NCBI GenBank assembly: GCA_965243135.1
Contig: OZ251539.1
Coordinates: 4,544,001 to 4,608,000, forward strand
Length of the DNA stretch: 64,000 bases
Direction: 5' to 3'
Origin: Alphaproteobacteria bacterium
GTDB lineage: Bacteria > Pseudomonadota > Alphaproteobacteria > MPNO01 > UBA830
The position numbers and the translations under genes are program-made. The notes beneath the pieces were generated by a model. The model was not told the origin of the DNA, ran no database searches, and was given only the letters and a program-made list of their open reading frames with translations. Of the stretch, positions 1-8,558 are shown in pieces (within the stretch, counting starts at the first letter, position 1; every line of letters starts with the position of its first letter).

Positions 1-243
1 TATTCGGGCGTGGGTTACGCGCGCGCCGACCGTCACGACGCCGTCCGCCTCCCGGATTCCGTCCAGCCCTTCGACGCGCGCAAGATCGACCAGCAGATCG
101 GGTTGCGCCAGGCGCAGGTTCATCATAGGTCCCAGGGACTGGCTGCCGCCGAGCACGCGCGCTTCCCCGTCCGCGTCGCGAAGGGCGCGCAACGCTTCGT
201 CGAGCGTCGCGGGGCGCTCGTATTCGAACCTTGCGGGCTTCAT
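1..243 (-). CDS. CoxM/CutM-like FAD-binding subunit of a molybdenum hydroxylase (5' part only, runs off the window)
   Basis: Hand translation MKPARFEYERPATLDEAL...VLGGSQSLGPMMNLRLAQPDLLVDL; ATG overlaps the stop of the upstream large subunit (ATGA). Confidence 0.9.
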   Translation of the reverse strand, partial: MKPARFEYERPATLDEALRALRDADGEARVLGGSQSLGPMMNLRLAQPDLLVDLARVEGLDGIREADGVVTVGARVTHARI

Positions 244-2588
244 GCCGCGTACCCCCGGGCCGCCACGATGGCGGCGCGCACCCGGCGGGGCGTGAACGGC
301 GTGCGGCGGACTTCGGCGCCGATACCTTTCAGCGCGTCGTTGATGGCGTTGCCTATCGCAGCGGGCGTCGGAATGGTGCCGCCCTCGCCCATGCCCTTGA
401 TGCCGAATTCGGTGAACGGCGACGGGGTCTCCATGTGCCTGATGCGGAAATGCGGCGCGTCCGTCGCGCCCGGCATCACGTAGTCGGCGAATGTGGACGC
501 CGTCGGCTGGCCCGAGCCGTCGTAACCGGATTCTTCCAGCAAGGCCGTGCCGATCCCCTGAGTCGCCCCGCCGAAGGTCTGAGCCTCGACGATCATCGGG
601 TTCACCATGGTGCCGCAATCTTCGACGATGGCGTAATCCAGCACTTCGACCTCGCCGGTCTCCGGGTCCACGGCGACCGTGCAGGCATGGGTGGCGTAGG
701 CGAACGCTCCCGAGTCGGGCTCGGGCCGGTAACCCATGGTCACCTCGACGCCTCCCCGGTCGACGTCCTCCGGCAGTTCGTCCGGATTGAGGTACCAGAC
801 CCTGCCGATCTCGGCGAAGGAAACCTCGCCCTTGCCGCTCGTCACCTTGCCGCCGCGCACCGCCGCCTCGCTGCGGTCGCACTGCAACAGATGAGCGCCG
901 ATGATCTCCATGCGCTCGGCGAGCGCCCGGCAGGCGCGCGCGGTCGCGCCGCCCGCCATCACCATGCTGCGGGACGCATAGGTCCCGGTCGAGTAGGGCG
1001 TAAGGCCGGTGTCGCCGTGCGTGACGGACACGTTGGCGGGATCGATGCCGAGAATCTCGTGCGCCATCTGCGCCATCGTCGTCTCCATCCCCTGGCCGTG
1101 GCTTTGAACGCCGATGCGCAGCTCAAGGCCGCCGTCCGGCGTGAGCCGCACGGTCGCCTGTTCGTAGCCAGGCACCATGGAGACGCCCCACCCCGCGAAC
1201 ACCGAGGTGCCATGCGCCGTTTGCTCGACGTAGGATCCCATCCCGACGCCGATCAGTCTCCCGTCGGGTTCCGGCGACGCCTGACGCCGGCGAACCGAGT
1301 CCAGGGAAATCAGGTCGGCCGCCTTCCGGACGCCCGCGGCGTAATCGCCGCTGTCGAAGTGCTTCCTGGCGATCGACATGAAGGGCATGGCGTCCGCCTT
1401 GACCATGTTGAGGGCGCGGACTTCCGCGGGTTCGCGGCCGATCCTGCGCGCCAACGCGTCGAGCGTCATTTCCACCGCGTAGCACACGCCCGGGCGAGCC
1501 ACGCCGCGGTAGGGCATCAACGGCGGCTTGTTGGTCGTCACGGTGCGCGTGCGGCAGCGATAGACCTCGAGATCGTAAGGTCCCGGCAGATTGCCGTGCG
1601 CCATCGCCCCTTCCAGACCGTTGGTGAACGGGTAGACCGAATAGGCGCCCGCATCCACCGTCACGTCGCAGTCGAGGCCGAGAACGCGGCCTTCGGGCGT
1701 CGCATGGACGGTCACGCGGTAGTGATGCTCGCGGCAGTTCGCGCCCGCCACCAGATGCTCCCGGCGATCCTCCACCCATCGCACCGGCCTTCCGAGGCGC
1801 ATGGCGAGCCAGCCGGCGACCAGCTCCTCCGGCTGCAGCAGGGCCTTGTAGCCGAAACCGCCCCCGACGTCGGGAGCGATTACGCGCACCTGGCGCTGTT
1901 CGAGGTCGAGGAATTCGGCCAGGCCGTTGCGGATCAGATGCGGCACTTGCGTGGAAGTCCACATCATCAACTGGTCCGTCCTGTCGTCCCATTCCGCGAA
2001 GACGGCCTTGCATTCCATCGGATTCATCGCCTGACGGGACAAGCTGCACTCGCGTTCGACCACGACGGTCGCGCGGTCGGAAATCCGCCCGAAATCGTCG
2101 TCGGTGAACGTCTCCATCACCACGTTGTCGCCCCAGTCGTCGTGGATCAGGGGCGCCTCCGCCGCGCCGGCCGCCAGCATATCGACCACGGGCGGCAAGT
2201 CTTCGTACTCGACCTCGACCGCTTGAGCGATATCCTCCGCCGCCGCCCGGGTATCCGCCACGCAAACCGCGACGGGCTCGCCCGCGAAGCGCACCTTGCC
2301 GATCGCAAGCGCCGGATAATCCGCCGACTTGTAGCCCGGCAACCTGGACGGGGCGCGCATGGGCCGCATGCCGGTTGCATCCGACGCGGTAAACACCGCC
2401 TCCTCGCAACCGGCCGGCTTGACGATCGATGCAAGCCGGGCGTGGCTGCGCGCGCTGCGAACGAACGCCAGTTCCAGTTGTCCGGGCCGCCTGATGTCTC
2501 CGGTGAACTTTCCGCGGCCGGCGAGGTGTCTCGCATCTTCCTTGCGGAGAACCCGCGCGCCGATTCCCTTGTCTGCGTCCTTCATCAT
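240..2588 (-). CDS. Xanthine dehydrogenase/CoxL-family molybdopterin-binding large subunit (paralog 1)
   Basis: DVGGGFGYK, SHGQG, GTYASRS, KGMGEGG motifs; active-site loop PYRGVARP; start trimmed to MMKDADKGIG. Confidence 0.93.
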   Translation of the reverse strand: MMKDADKGIGARVLRKEDARHLAGRGKFTGDIRRPGQLELAFVRSARSHARLASIVKPAGCEEAVFTASDATGMRPMRAPSRLPGYKSADYPALAIGKVRFAGEPVAVCVADTRAAAEDIAQAVEVEYEDLPPVVDMLAAGAAEAPLIHDDWGDNVVMETFTDDDFGRISDRATVVVERECSLSRQAMNPMECKAVFAEWDDRTDQLMMWTSTQVPHLIRNGLAEFLDLEQRQVRVIAPDVGGGFGYKALLQPEELVAGWLAMRLGRPVRWVEDRREHLVAGANCREHHYRVTVHATPEGRVLGLDCDVTVDAGAYSVYPFTNGLEGAMAHGNLPGPYDLEVYRCRTRTVTTNKPPLMPYRGVARPGVCYAVEMTLDALARRIGREPAEVRALNMVKADAMPFMSIARKHFDSGDYAAGVRKAADLISLDSVRRRQASPEPDGRLIGVGMGSYVEQTAHGTSVFAGWGVSMVPGYEQATVRLTPDGGLELRIGVQSHGQGMETTMAQMAHEILGIDPANVSVTHGDTGLTPYSTGTYASRSMVMAGGATARACRALAERMEIIGAHLLQCDRSEAAVRGGKVTSGKGEVSFAEIGRVWYLNPDELPEDVDRGGVEVTMGYRPEPDSGAFAYATHACTVAVDPETGEVEVLDYAIVEDCGTMVNPMIVEAQTFGGATQGIGTALLEESGYDGSGQPTASTFADYVMPGATDAPHFRIRHMETPSPFTEFGIKGMGEGGTIPTPAAIGNAINDALKGIGAEVRRTPFTPRRVRAAIVAARGYAA

Positions 2589-3106
2589 GCCTCCCGGGTT
2601 CGAGTGAAGGTCATAAGCGCCCGAAACGGGACGAGCATCGCCAGCGCGACGGCGAGCTTCACCGCGTAATCGCCGATTCCCAGCGTGATCCACGGCACCG
2701 CGGTTCCGGCAAAGGCGATGGAGAAAAAGAGGGCCGTGTCGAGAGCGGACGCGATCGACGAGGAAACCAGAGGCGGCAGCCACCAGGTTCCGGTCCGCCT
2801 GAGACGGTCGAATATCCGGACATCGAGAAGTTGCGCCGCCAGGAACGCCGCGCCCGATGCAAGCGCAATGCGCGGCGTCGCCAGCCAGATCGACAAGAGA
2901 ACCGCCAGCGCGAACCCGACGCAGACCACCCTCCGCGCCTTCGCCGGGCCGAACGCTCGGTTGGTCAGGTCAGTGATCAGAAACGCGACCGGATAGGTAA
3001 AGGCTCCCCAAGTCAGCCAGTCGCCGATCGGAAACTGCACCAGCACGTTGGAAACGGCCACGACAGCGACCATGGCGGCGATCCCGAACAGAACACCCCG
3101 CGGCAT
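2585..3106 (-). CDS. yhhQ: Queuosine precursor transporter (VUT/YhhQ family)
   Basis: SNVLVQ, TWGAFTYPVAFLITD, LDTALFFSIAF; hydrophobic; near queG. Confidence 0.88.
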   Translation of the reverse strand: MPRGVLFGIAAMVAVVAVSNVLVQFPIGDWLTWGAFTYPVAFLITDLTNRAFGPAKARRVVCVGFALAVLLSIWLATPRIALASGAAFLAAQLLDVRIFDRLRRTGTWWLPPLVSSSIASALDTALFFSIAFAGTAVPWITLGIGDYAVKLAVALAMLVPFRALMTFTRTREA

Positions 3107-3119
3107 CCTTCCCGTCTCC

Positions 3120-3461
3120 TCAGAGTATTTCCAGAACGTTTTCCGGCGGCCTGCCGAGCGCGTACTTGCCGGCGTTCTCGACGACGGGACGTTCGATTAG
3201 GACCGGGTTTTCCAGCATCGCGTCAATCAGCGCGGCGCGGCCGAGGCTATCGTCGGCGAGACCGAGCGCAGCCGCCTCTTTCCGGCGCATCAGATCGCGA
3301 GGCTCCATGCCGAGGCCATTCAGGATCCGGACAAGCTCCGCCTTGTCCGGCGGCGTCTTGAGATACTCGACCACCTCCGCCTCGACGCCTTTTTCCCGAA
3401 GCAACTTCAACGTCGCGCGCGATTTGGAGCAACGCGGGTTGTGATATATCGTGACCGTCAT
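3120..3461 (-). CDS. arsC: ArsC-family (glutaredoxin-type) arsenate reductase-like protein
   Basis: IYHNPRCSKSR and LIERPVV motifs. Confidence 0.88.
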   Translation of the reverse strand: MTVTIYHNPRCSKSRATLKLLREKGVEAEVVEYLKTPPDKAELVRILNGLGMEPRDLMRRKEAAALGLADDSLGRAALIDAMLENPVLIERPVVENAGKYALGRPPENVLEIL

Positions 3462-3801
3462 CGTCCGAACCGTCGCTTTCGCAAAACCTCAGCCATCTTA
3501 CAGCCGGGGGTTCTCGTCGGCAATCGACGCTCGTACGGAAGAGGGGCCTCGCGTCATCCTCCGGACCGTTCGTGACGCGGGCGCCGCGCAGGGGCATGAC
3601 CCGGCGGCGACCGGACAAGCCCGGAGCGGCGGATCGCCAAGCGGCGCGGAAAGCGCGTCCCGGTCCGCCCCTGCTCCTTCTTGCCGCCCGGGAATCCGAC
3701 GACGGAACGCCGCTTCGACCGACAGGAAAATGGGGCGCCCTTCGCGCAGCGCGAACCATCCTCCGCCGACAGCCGCGGCATCCGGTTTCGGCGGCGACCT
3801 T

Positions 3802-4764
3802 TCAACCGCGAACCAGCGCCGCCGCCGCTCGCACGACCTTCGCGTCGGCGCCCGGAAGATGGGCGTTCTCGCTGATATGGCGCCGCCATGACCGGGCGCC
3901 GCGCAGGCCGTTGAACAGGCCGAGCGCATGACGCGCCATCGCATAAAGCGGCGCATCCTCCTCCCTTTCCATGTAGTCGACATAGCGTTCGAGCGCGGCA
4001 TGGCGCGACGCGGGGGCGGCGCCGCCGAATACGGCGGTTTCTATTTCGGCGAGAAACCACGGATTTTCGTAGGCGGCGCGTCCGATCATCACGCCGTCGA
4101 CGCAGTCCAGGTGGCGCAGGATTTCCCCGAGCTGCGCAATCCCGCCGTTTACGATCACCGTCAGTTCGGGGAACTCGGCCTTGAGGCGGTGGACGACCTC
4201 GTAGCGGAGCGGCGGAATTTCCCGGTTCTGCTTGGGACTCAGTCCCTTCAACCACGCCTTGCGGGCGTGGACGACGAAGACGCGGCAGCCGCCTTCGGCG
4301 ACGATCTCCACGAAGCTGCGGAAATCGTCCCAAGAGTCCCTCTCGTCGACTCCGATCCGAGATTTCACGGTGACCGGAACGTCAACGGCGCCGCGCATCG
4401 CGCGGACGCAGGCGGCGACCGTTCGCGGCTCCTTCATCAGGCAGGCTCCGAACCGCGCGTTGCGCACCCGGTCGCTGGGACAGCCGACGTTCAGGTTCAC
4501 CTCGTCGTAACCCCGCGACGCCGCCATCTCCGCGCAACGGGCGAGCTCGCCGGGATCCGCGCCGCCGAGCTGCAGCGCCAGCGGCCGCTCGGCCTGGTCG
4601 AATCTCAGAAATCGTTCCCTGTCGCCGCGCAAGAGGGCGCCCGTCGTCGTCATCTCCGTATAGAGGAGCGCCGACGGCGAGATCTGCCGGAGGAAATATC
4701 TGTCGTGCCGATCCGTTCGATCCATCATGGGAGCGACCGAAACGCGGCGGTCGAGCGTGGACAT
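3802..4764 (-). CDS. dusA: tRNA dihydrouridine(20/20a) synthase
   Basis: APMMDRTDRH, NLNVGCPS, VHARKAWLKGLSPKQNREIPPL. Confidence 0.95.
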   Translation of the reverse strand: MSTLDRRVSVAPMMDRTDRHDRYFLRQISPSALLYTEMTTTGALLRGDRERFLRFDQAERPLALQLGGADPGELARCAEMAASRGYDEVNLNVGCPSDRVRNARFGACLMKEPRTVAACVRAMRGAVDVPVTVKSRIGVDERDSWDDFRSFVEIVAEGGCRVFVVHARKAWLKGLSPKQNREIPPLRYEVVHRLKAEFPELTVIVNGGIAQLGEILRHLDCVDGVMIGRAAYENPWFLAEIETAVFGGAAPASRHAALERYVDYMEREEDAPLYAMARHALGLFNGLRGARSWRRHISENAHLPGADAKVVRAAAALVRG

Positions 4765-4860
4765 GGCCTGCATCGCGAAACCGGGAAGCGGAATCACCGC
4801 AAGATAGGATTTTTCGGCCAGTATGCAACGGAACGCTCGCCCGCTCCGCCAAAAGGGGGT

Positions 4861-5988
4861 TCAGCCGGGTTCCGGGGCCTGCGGCGACGCGCCGGCATCC
4901 CATTCGGCGCGGATCTCGCGGTCCGTTTCCGCGCCTGCGAAACGGCGGCGCAGCTCGGAAAAGGCATCCGGAGCCAGCAGCCGGGAGAGCGCCCAGACCG
5001 CCATCGCGCGCACCAGCGGCGAGCGATCGGCGAGCCGCCGCCGCGCCGCGGAGGCGAGGGAGGGATCGCCGCTGTTGCCGATCGCGATCAACACGTTGCG
5101 AAGAAAGCGGTCGCGGCCCAACCGCTTCACGGCCGACCCCGAAAACAACTTTCGAAAAGCCGCGTCGTCGAGACCGGCGAGCTCTTCGAGGCGAAACGGA
5201 GGCGTCCGCGCCCGCAATTCCGGATGCGGCGTGGCGCGCGCGAATTTGTTCCACGGACAGACGGCGAGGCAATCGTCGCAACCGTATATCCGGCTGCCCA
5301 TCGGCTTGCGGAACTCGCGGGGGATATGACCCTTGTGCTCGATGGTCAGGTAGGAAAGGCAACGCCTCGAGTCCAGCCGGTACGGCGCGGGGAAGGCGTC
5401 CGTCGGGCACGCGTCGAGGCATCGGGCGCAAACGCCGCAGCGGTCGCCCTCCGGGGAATCGGGAGGGATCGCGAGGGTCGTGAAAATTTCGCCGAGAAAC
5501 AACCACGACCCGAATTCCCGCGACACCAGGTTCGTGTGCTTGCCTTGCCAGCCGACGCCCGCGCGCTGCGCCACGGGTTTCTCCATGACGGGCGCCGTAT
5601 CCACGAACAGCTTGACCTCGCAGCCGCGGCTTTCCGCAATCCATCGAGCCAGCGCACGCAGCCGCTTCTTCATGACGTCGTGATAGTCGCGCCCGCGCGC
5701 ATAGACGGAGACGGCCGCCTCTCGCGCCGCCAGCGGATCCTCTTCGGGACCGTAGTTCATGCCGACGGCGACGATGCTCCTGACGGCCGGCCACAGGGCG
5801 GCAGGCCACCGCCGCCGCTGCCGGGTCGCCTCCATCCACCCCATGTCCCCGTGGTAGCCTTTGGCGAGATACGCCGCGAGGCTCTCGCCCGCGGTCCCGG
5901 TGTCCGGGCCGGCAAACCCGATCACGTCGAACCCCAGCATGAGCGCTCGGTCGCGGATCGCGGCGCGGGGATCGTCGGGGGAATCCAT
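4861..5988 (-). CDS. queG: Epoxyqueuosine reductase
   Basis: YARGRDYH, VDTAPVMEK, CGVCARCLDACPT, YGCDDCLAVCPWN. Confidence 0.95.
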   Translation of the reverse strand: MDSPDDPRAAIRDRALMLGFDVIGFAGPDTGTAGESLAAYLAKGYHGDMGWMEATRQRRRWPAALWPAVRSIVAVGMNYGPEEDPLAAREAAVSVYARGRDYHDVMKKRLRALARWIAESRGCEVKLFVDTAPVMEKPVAQRAGVGWQGKHTNLVSREFGSWLFLGEIFTTLAIPPDSPEGDRCGVCARCLDACPTDAFPAPYRLDSRRCLSYLTIEHKGHIPREFRKPMGSRIYGCDDCLAVCPWNKFARATPHPELRARTPPFRLEELAGLDDAAFRKLFSGSAVKRLGRDRFLRNVLIAIGNSGDPSLASAARRRLADRSPLVRAMAVWALSRLLAPDAFSELRRRFAGAETDREIRAEWDAGASPQAPEPG

Positions 5989-6507
5989 GAATCCGTTACT
6001 GCGAATCATGCCTCAGGCGGAAGCGGCAAGACCCGGAATCTCCAGCCGCCGTTCCGTGCCGCTCCTCGCGTCACGTTCGGCTGCAACGGCACCCAAGCGC
6101 GCAAATTCCCAGCATTTTTTCCTGGAGCGAAGCAACCGCACAGCCTCAAGCGCATCACCGTCGGAGTCTCCGCCCGAGGAGACGCCACATCCCGCGGAAC
6201 CTCTTTCTCGCCGCATTTTCCTGTCGACGGCCCAAGCTCCAAATCGCTGGCGGAGCGCCGTTTCGACCGCATTGCGGATCCGCGAAGAAGCGCCGTTCCC
6301 TGCCTTCTTCCGCTCGCCGACGATCGCGAAGTGAACGACCCGGCCGCCCGCGTCCGGCTTCCGTCGATCCCGGTGGACGTTCGACAGGTCTTTTCGACGG
6401 TTCCGGCGCTGTCGGCAAGAACGAAAGCCGTCTTCTTTCGGAGTTGCGGTTTCCGTTTCATGATCGTCGGCGGCTGGAAGCGCCCGTAACGAAAACGTTC
6501 CGTTCGC

Positions 6508-6534
6508 GCCGCCGTGGCCGCAGGCGGCTTTTTT
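6508..6534 (+). terminator. Intrinsic terminator-like hairpin
   Basis: GCCGCC-N9-GGCGGC stem followed by TTTTTT. Confidence 0.5.
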
Positions 6535-6569
6535 AACTCTTCGCGGTCCGCGGGTCGTCGACATTGCGC

Positions 6570-7034
6570 TCACAGCGGCGTCGGAGTGGGCGAAGCGAAC
6601 ATCCGGGTGCGGACCCGAACGGTGCGCGCCGAGAAACGCCATGCATCGCCGTCCCGCGCCAAGGCGTCGTCGTAACTGCCGACAGCGTAGACCGAAGTGA
6701 CCCCTTCGAGCGTCGTCCGGTATACGGCGAAAGTCGAACGCGCGGACGCTTCTCCGCCATCGAGCGAAATGTCGTCGACCGTCACCATGTGCATCCTGTC
6801 CGAAAGATCGTGCACGTGTTGCGACGATTCCGAAAGCAGCGTTGCAAGTTCGTCCCGGTCGACCTTCAGCCAGATCATCCGGGCGCCGAGTTCCGGACCA
6901 TTCGCCTCCAGCGTATAGGTCGCTCCGGACGCGAAAAGCTCGACGAACGCCGAAAATTCGCGAGCGTCCAGAAACCGGGCGGAATCCGAAATCAGTTTCC
7001 GGACAGCTTCCCGCTCCTCGGCCGCAGAGCTCAT
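6570..7034 (-). CDS. Rieske oxygenase beta subunit (NTF2/SnoaL fold), MsmB-like
   Basis: MSSAAEEREAVRKLISDSARFLD...YAVGSYDD...RTVRVRTRMF; ATGA-coupled to the alpha subunit. Confidence 0.85.
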   Translation of the reverse strand: MSSAAEEREAVRKLISDSARFLDAREFSAFVELFASGATYTLEANGPELGARMIWLKVDRDELATLLSESSQHVHDLSDRMHMVTVDDISLDGGEASARSTFAVYRTTLEGVTSVYAVGSYDDALARDGDAWRFSARTVRVRTRMFASPTPTPL

Positions 7035-8248
7035 TCCGTGACGGCGACCGACAGCGCCGGGCCGTCGCGGAAAGAGCTGTCGGCGTCGTGAGGCGCACGC
7101 CCGACGCGGCGGCCCCACTCCTGGTAGAACGCCCGCAGATTGGCGTCGTCCTGTGGCCGCAGCTCTTCTTCGCGCGCGAGGATCGACCAGCGATGCGCGC
7201 CCGAGGCCATGTTGCGCCATTGCGATTCCACCGCCTCGATATCCTCGGGAAGGTTGCGGCCGGCCGGTCCCCAGACCTGATTGTGGTGCCGCACGCGCTC
7301 GGCGCGAACCTCTTCGGTATCCGCCTTGAGGCCGAGGCCCCGCCATTCGACGAGCGTGCGGCCCGGCTCCAGCGGGGCGATCGTGTCGATGCGCATGACC
7401 GTAGCTCGCACATTGATCATCACGTCAGGAAACAGCAGCATCACGATCATGCCGTCGGGTTTCATCCCGGGCATCAAGTTTCGAGTGCGGGGCCCCAGCT
7501 GCATGCCGTCATAGGAGATCGTGCCCTGGCTGATGACGTTGTGGCTGTTGGGATAAAGGCGCCATCGCCGCTCGTGGTAGGACGGATGGGCCATGCCGGT
7601 CTTGCGGTTCAGGATATGCAGGTATTCGTGATACTGCTCCGAATTGTTGTCGACCCACAGTTTCCAGTTGGTGCGTATCTCGGCGCGATGGTAATGGAAC
7701 ACTTCAAGTTCCGCGCCTTCGAGATGCGCGCGCATATGGTCCGCCATCGGCCCGAGAAATCTCGCGAGCGGTTCGACGCCGTCGTTGAGCGAAACAAAGA
7801 CAAGGCCGCAGAAAACCTCGACGCGAACCGGCCTCAGACAAACGTCGTCCTTGCCAAGTCCTGCCGCCTCGTAGCCGGTCGGCCGCGTGATGCCGGTGCA
7901 GTTGCCCGCAAGATCGAAGCTCCAGAGGTGGTAGAAACACTGGATGCGGTTCTTCAGCGTGCCGCGTTCCTCCCGCAGCAGCGTCGCACCGCGATGCGGG
8001 CACGCGTTGTAGAAGGCGCGGATGTCGTCGTCCCGCAGCACGACGATCCCGACGCCGGCGACCGTCGCCGTGCGAAACGACCCGCGCTCAGGAAGTTCCG
8101 ATGCATGGCACACAAGCTTCCAGCCGCCCGCGAAAATGCGTTCCCGTTCCTCGGCGAATATTTCCGGGTCGGTATGGATGCGGTTGTCGATGTAATGCGT
8201 CGTCGGCAAGCCGGGCGGCGTGGTCCAGCCCTTGATATCGTGCCGCAT
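7031..8248 (-). CDS. Rieske non-heme iron oxygenase alpha subunit, methanesulfonate monooxygenase MsmA-like
   Basis: Rieske CPH-X18-CFYH; iron site NSEQYHEYLH; MsmA-like blocks FHYH, RGLGLKAD, WGPAGRNLPED. Confidence 0.88.
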   Translation of the reverse strand: MRHDIKGWTTPPGLPTTHYIDNRIHTDPEIFAEERERIFAGGWKLVCHASELPERGSFRTATVAGVGIVVLRDDDIRAFYNACPHRGATLLREERGTLKNRIQCFYHLWSFDLAGNCTGITRPTGYEAAGLGKDDVCLRPVRVEVFCGLVFVSLNDGVEPLARFLGPMADHMRAHLEGAELEVFHYHRAEIRTNWKLWVDNNSEQYHEYLHILNRKTGMAHPSYHERRWRLYPNSHNVISQGTISYDGMQLGPRTRNLMPGMKPDGMIVMLLFPDVMINVRATVMRIDTIAPLEPGRTLVEWRGLGLKADTEEVRAERVRHHNQVWGPAGRNLPEDIEAVESQWRNMASGAHRWSILAREEELRPQDDANLRAFYQEWGRRVGRAPHDADSSFRDGPALSVAVTE

Positions 8249-8307
8249 GATTTACCTCCGCTTATATCGCAGCGAACATCGGCGGAACGTCGCGCCGCGT
8301 CCCCGGG

Positions 8308-8416
8308 GTAAGCGTTCGGTCGTGGGGTGGCGACGTTGAGGCCTGCCTCCAGGCAGGGGCTTCAACCAGACGTCCTTGACCGGGAGGGCGCGTTCGTTTC
8401 GGGTACTGCCGCGGCC
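8308..8416 (-). repeat. Inverted, slightly diverged copy of the element right end including the 3' end of the DUF4338 gene
   Basis: Reverse complement aligns to ~10973-11101 (encodes ERALPVKDVWLKPL vs ERALPVKDIWLKPL). Confidence 0.92.
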
Positions 8417-8523
8417 TACGCCGCCCCTCTGGTTGGCACCCGGCAACAGGTTTCTCGCGAAGTCCCGGAGAGTAAGCGTTCGGTTGCGAAGCGGGCTGTC
8501 GAGCCAGGCGAATCGCCCAGGCC

Positions 8524-8552
8524 TGGACACTCTTCTTTTGTTCTTGTATACG
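8524..8552 (+). promoter_or_regulatory. Putative sigma70 promoter of the transposase
   Basis: TGGACA-17bp-TATACG, 6 bp before ATG 8559. Confidence 0.55.
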
Positions 8553-8558
8553 GCTGCC

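Noticed and set aside
3720-6227. 18-bp inverted match CGACAGGAAAATG(G/C)GGCG at ~3720 and ~6210-6227
   Set aside because: Does not extend, and a match of this length with one mismatch is plausible by chance in 64 kb
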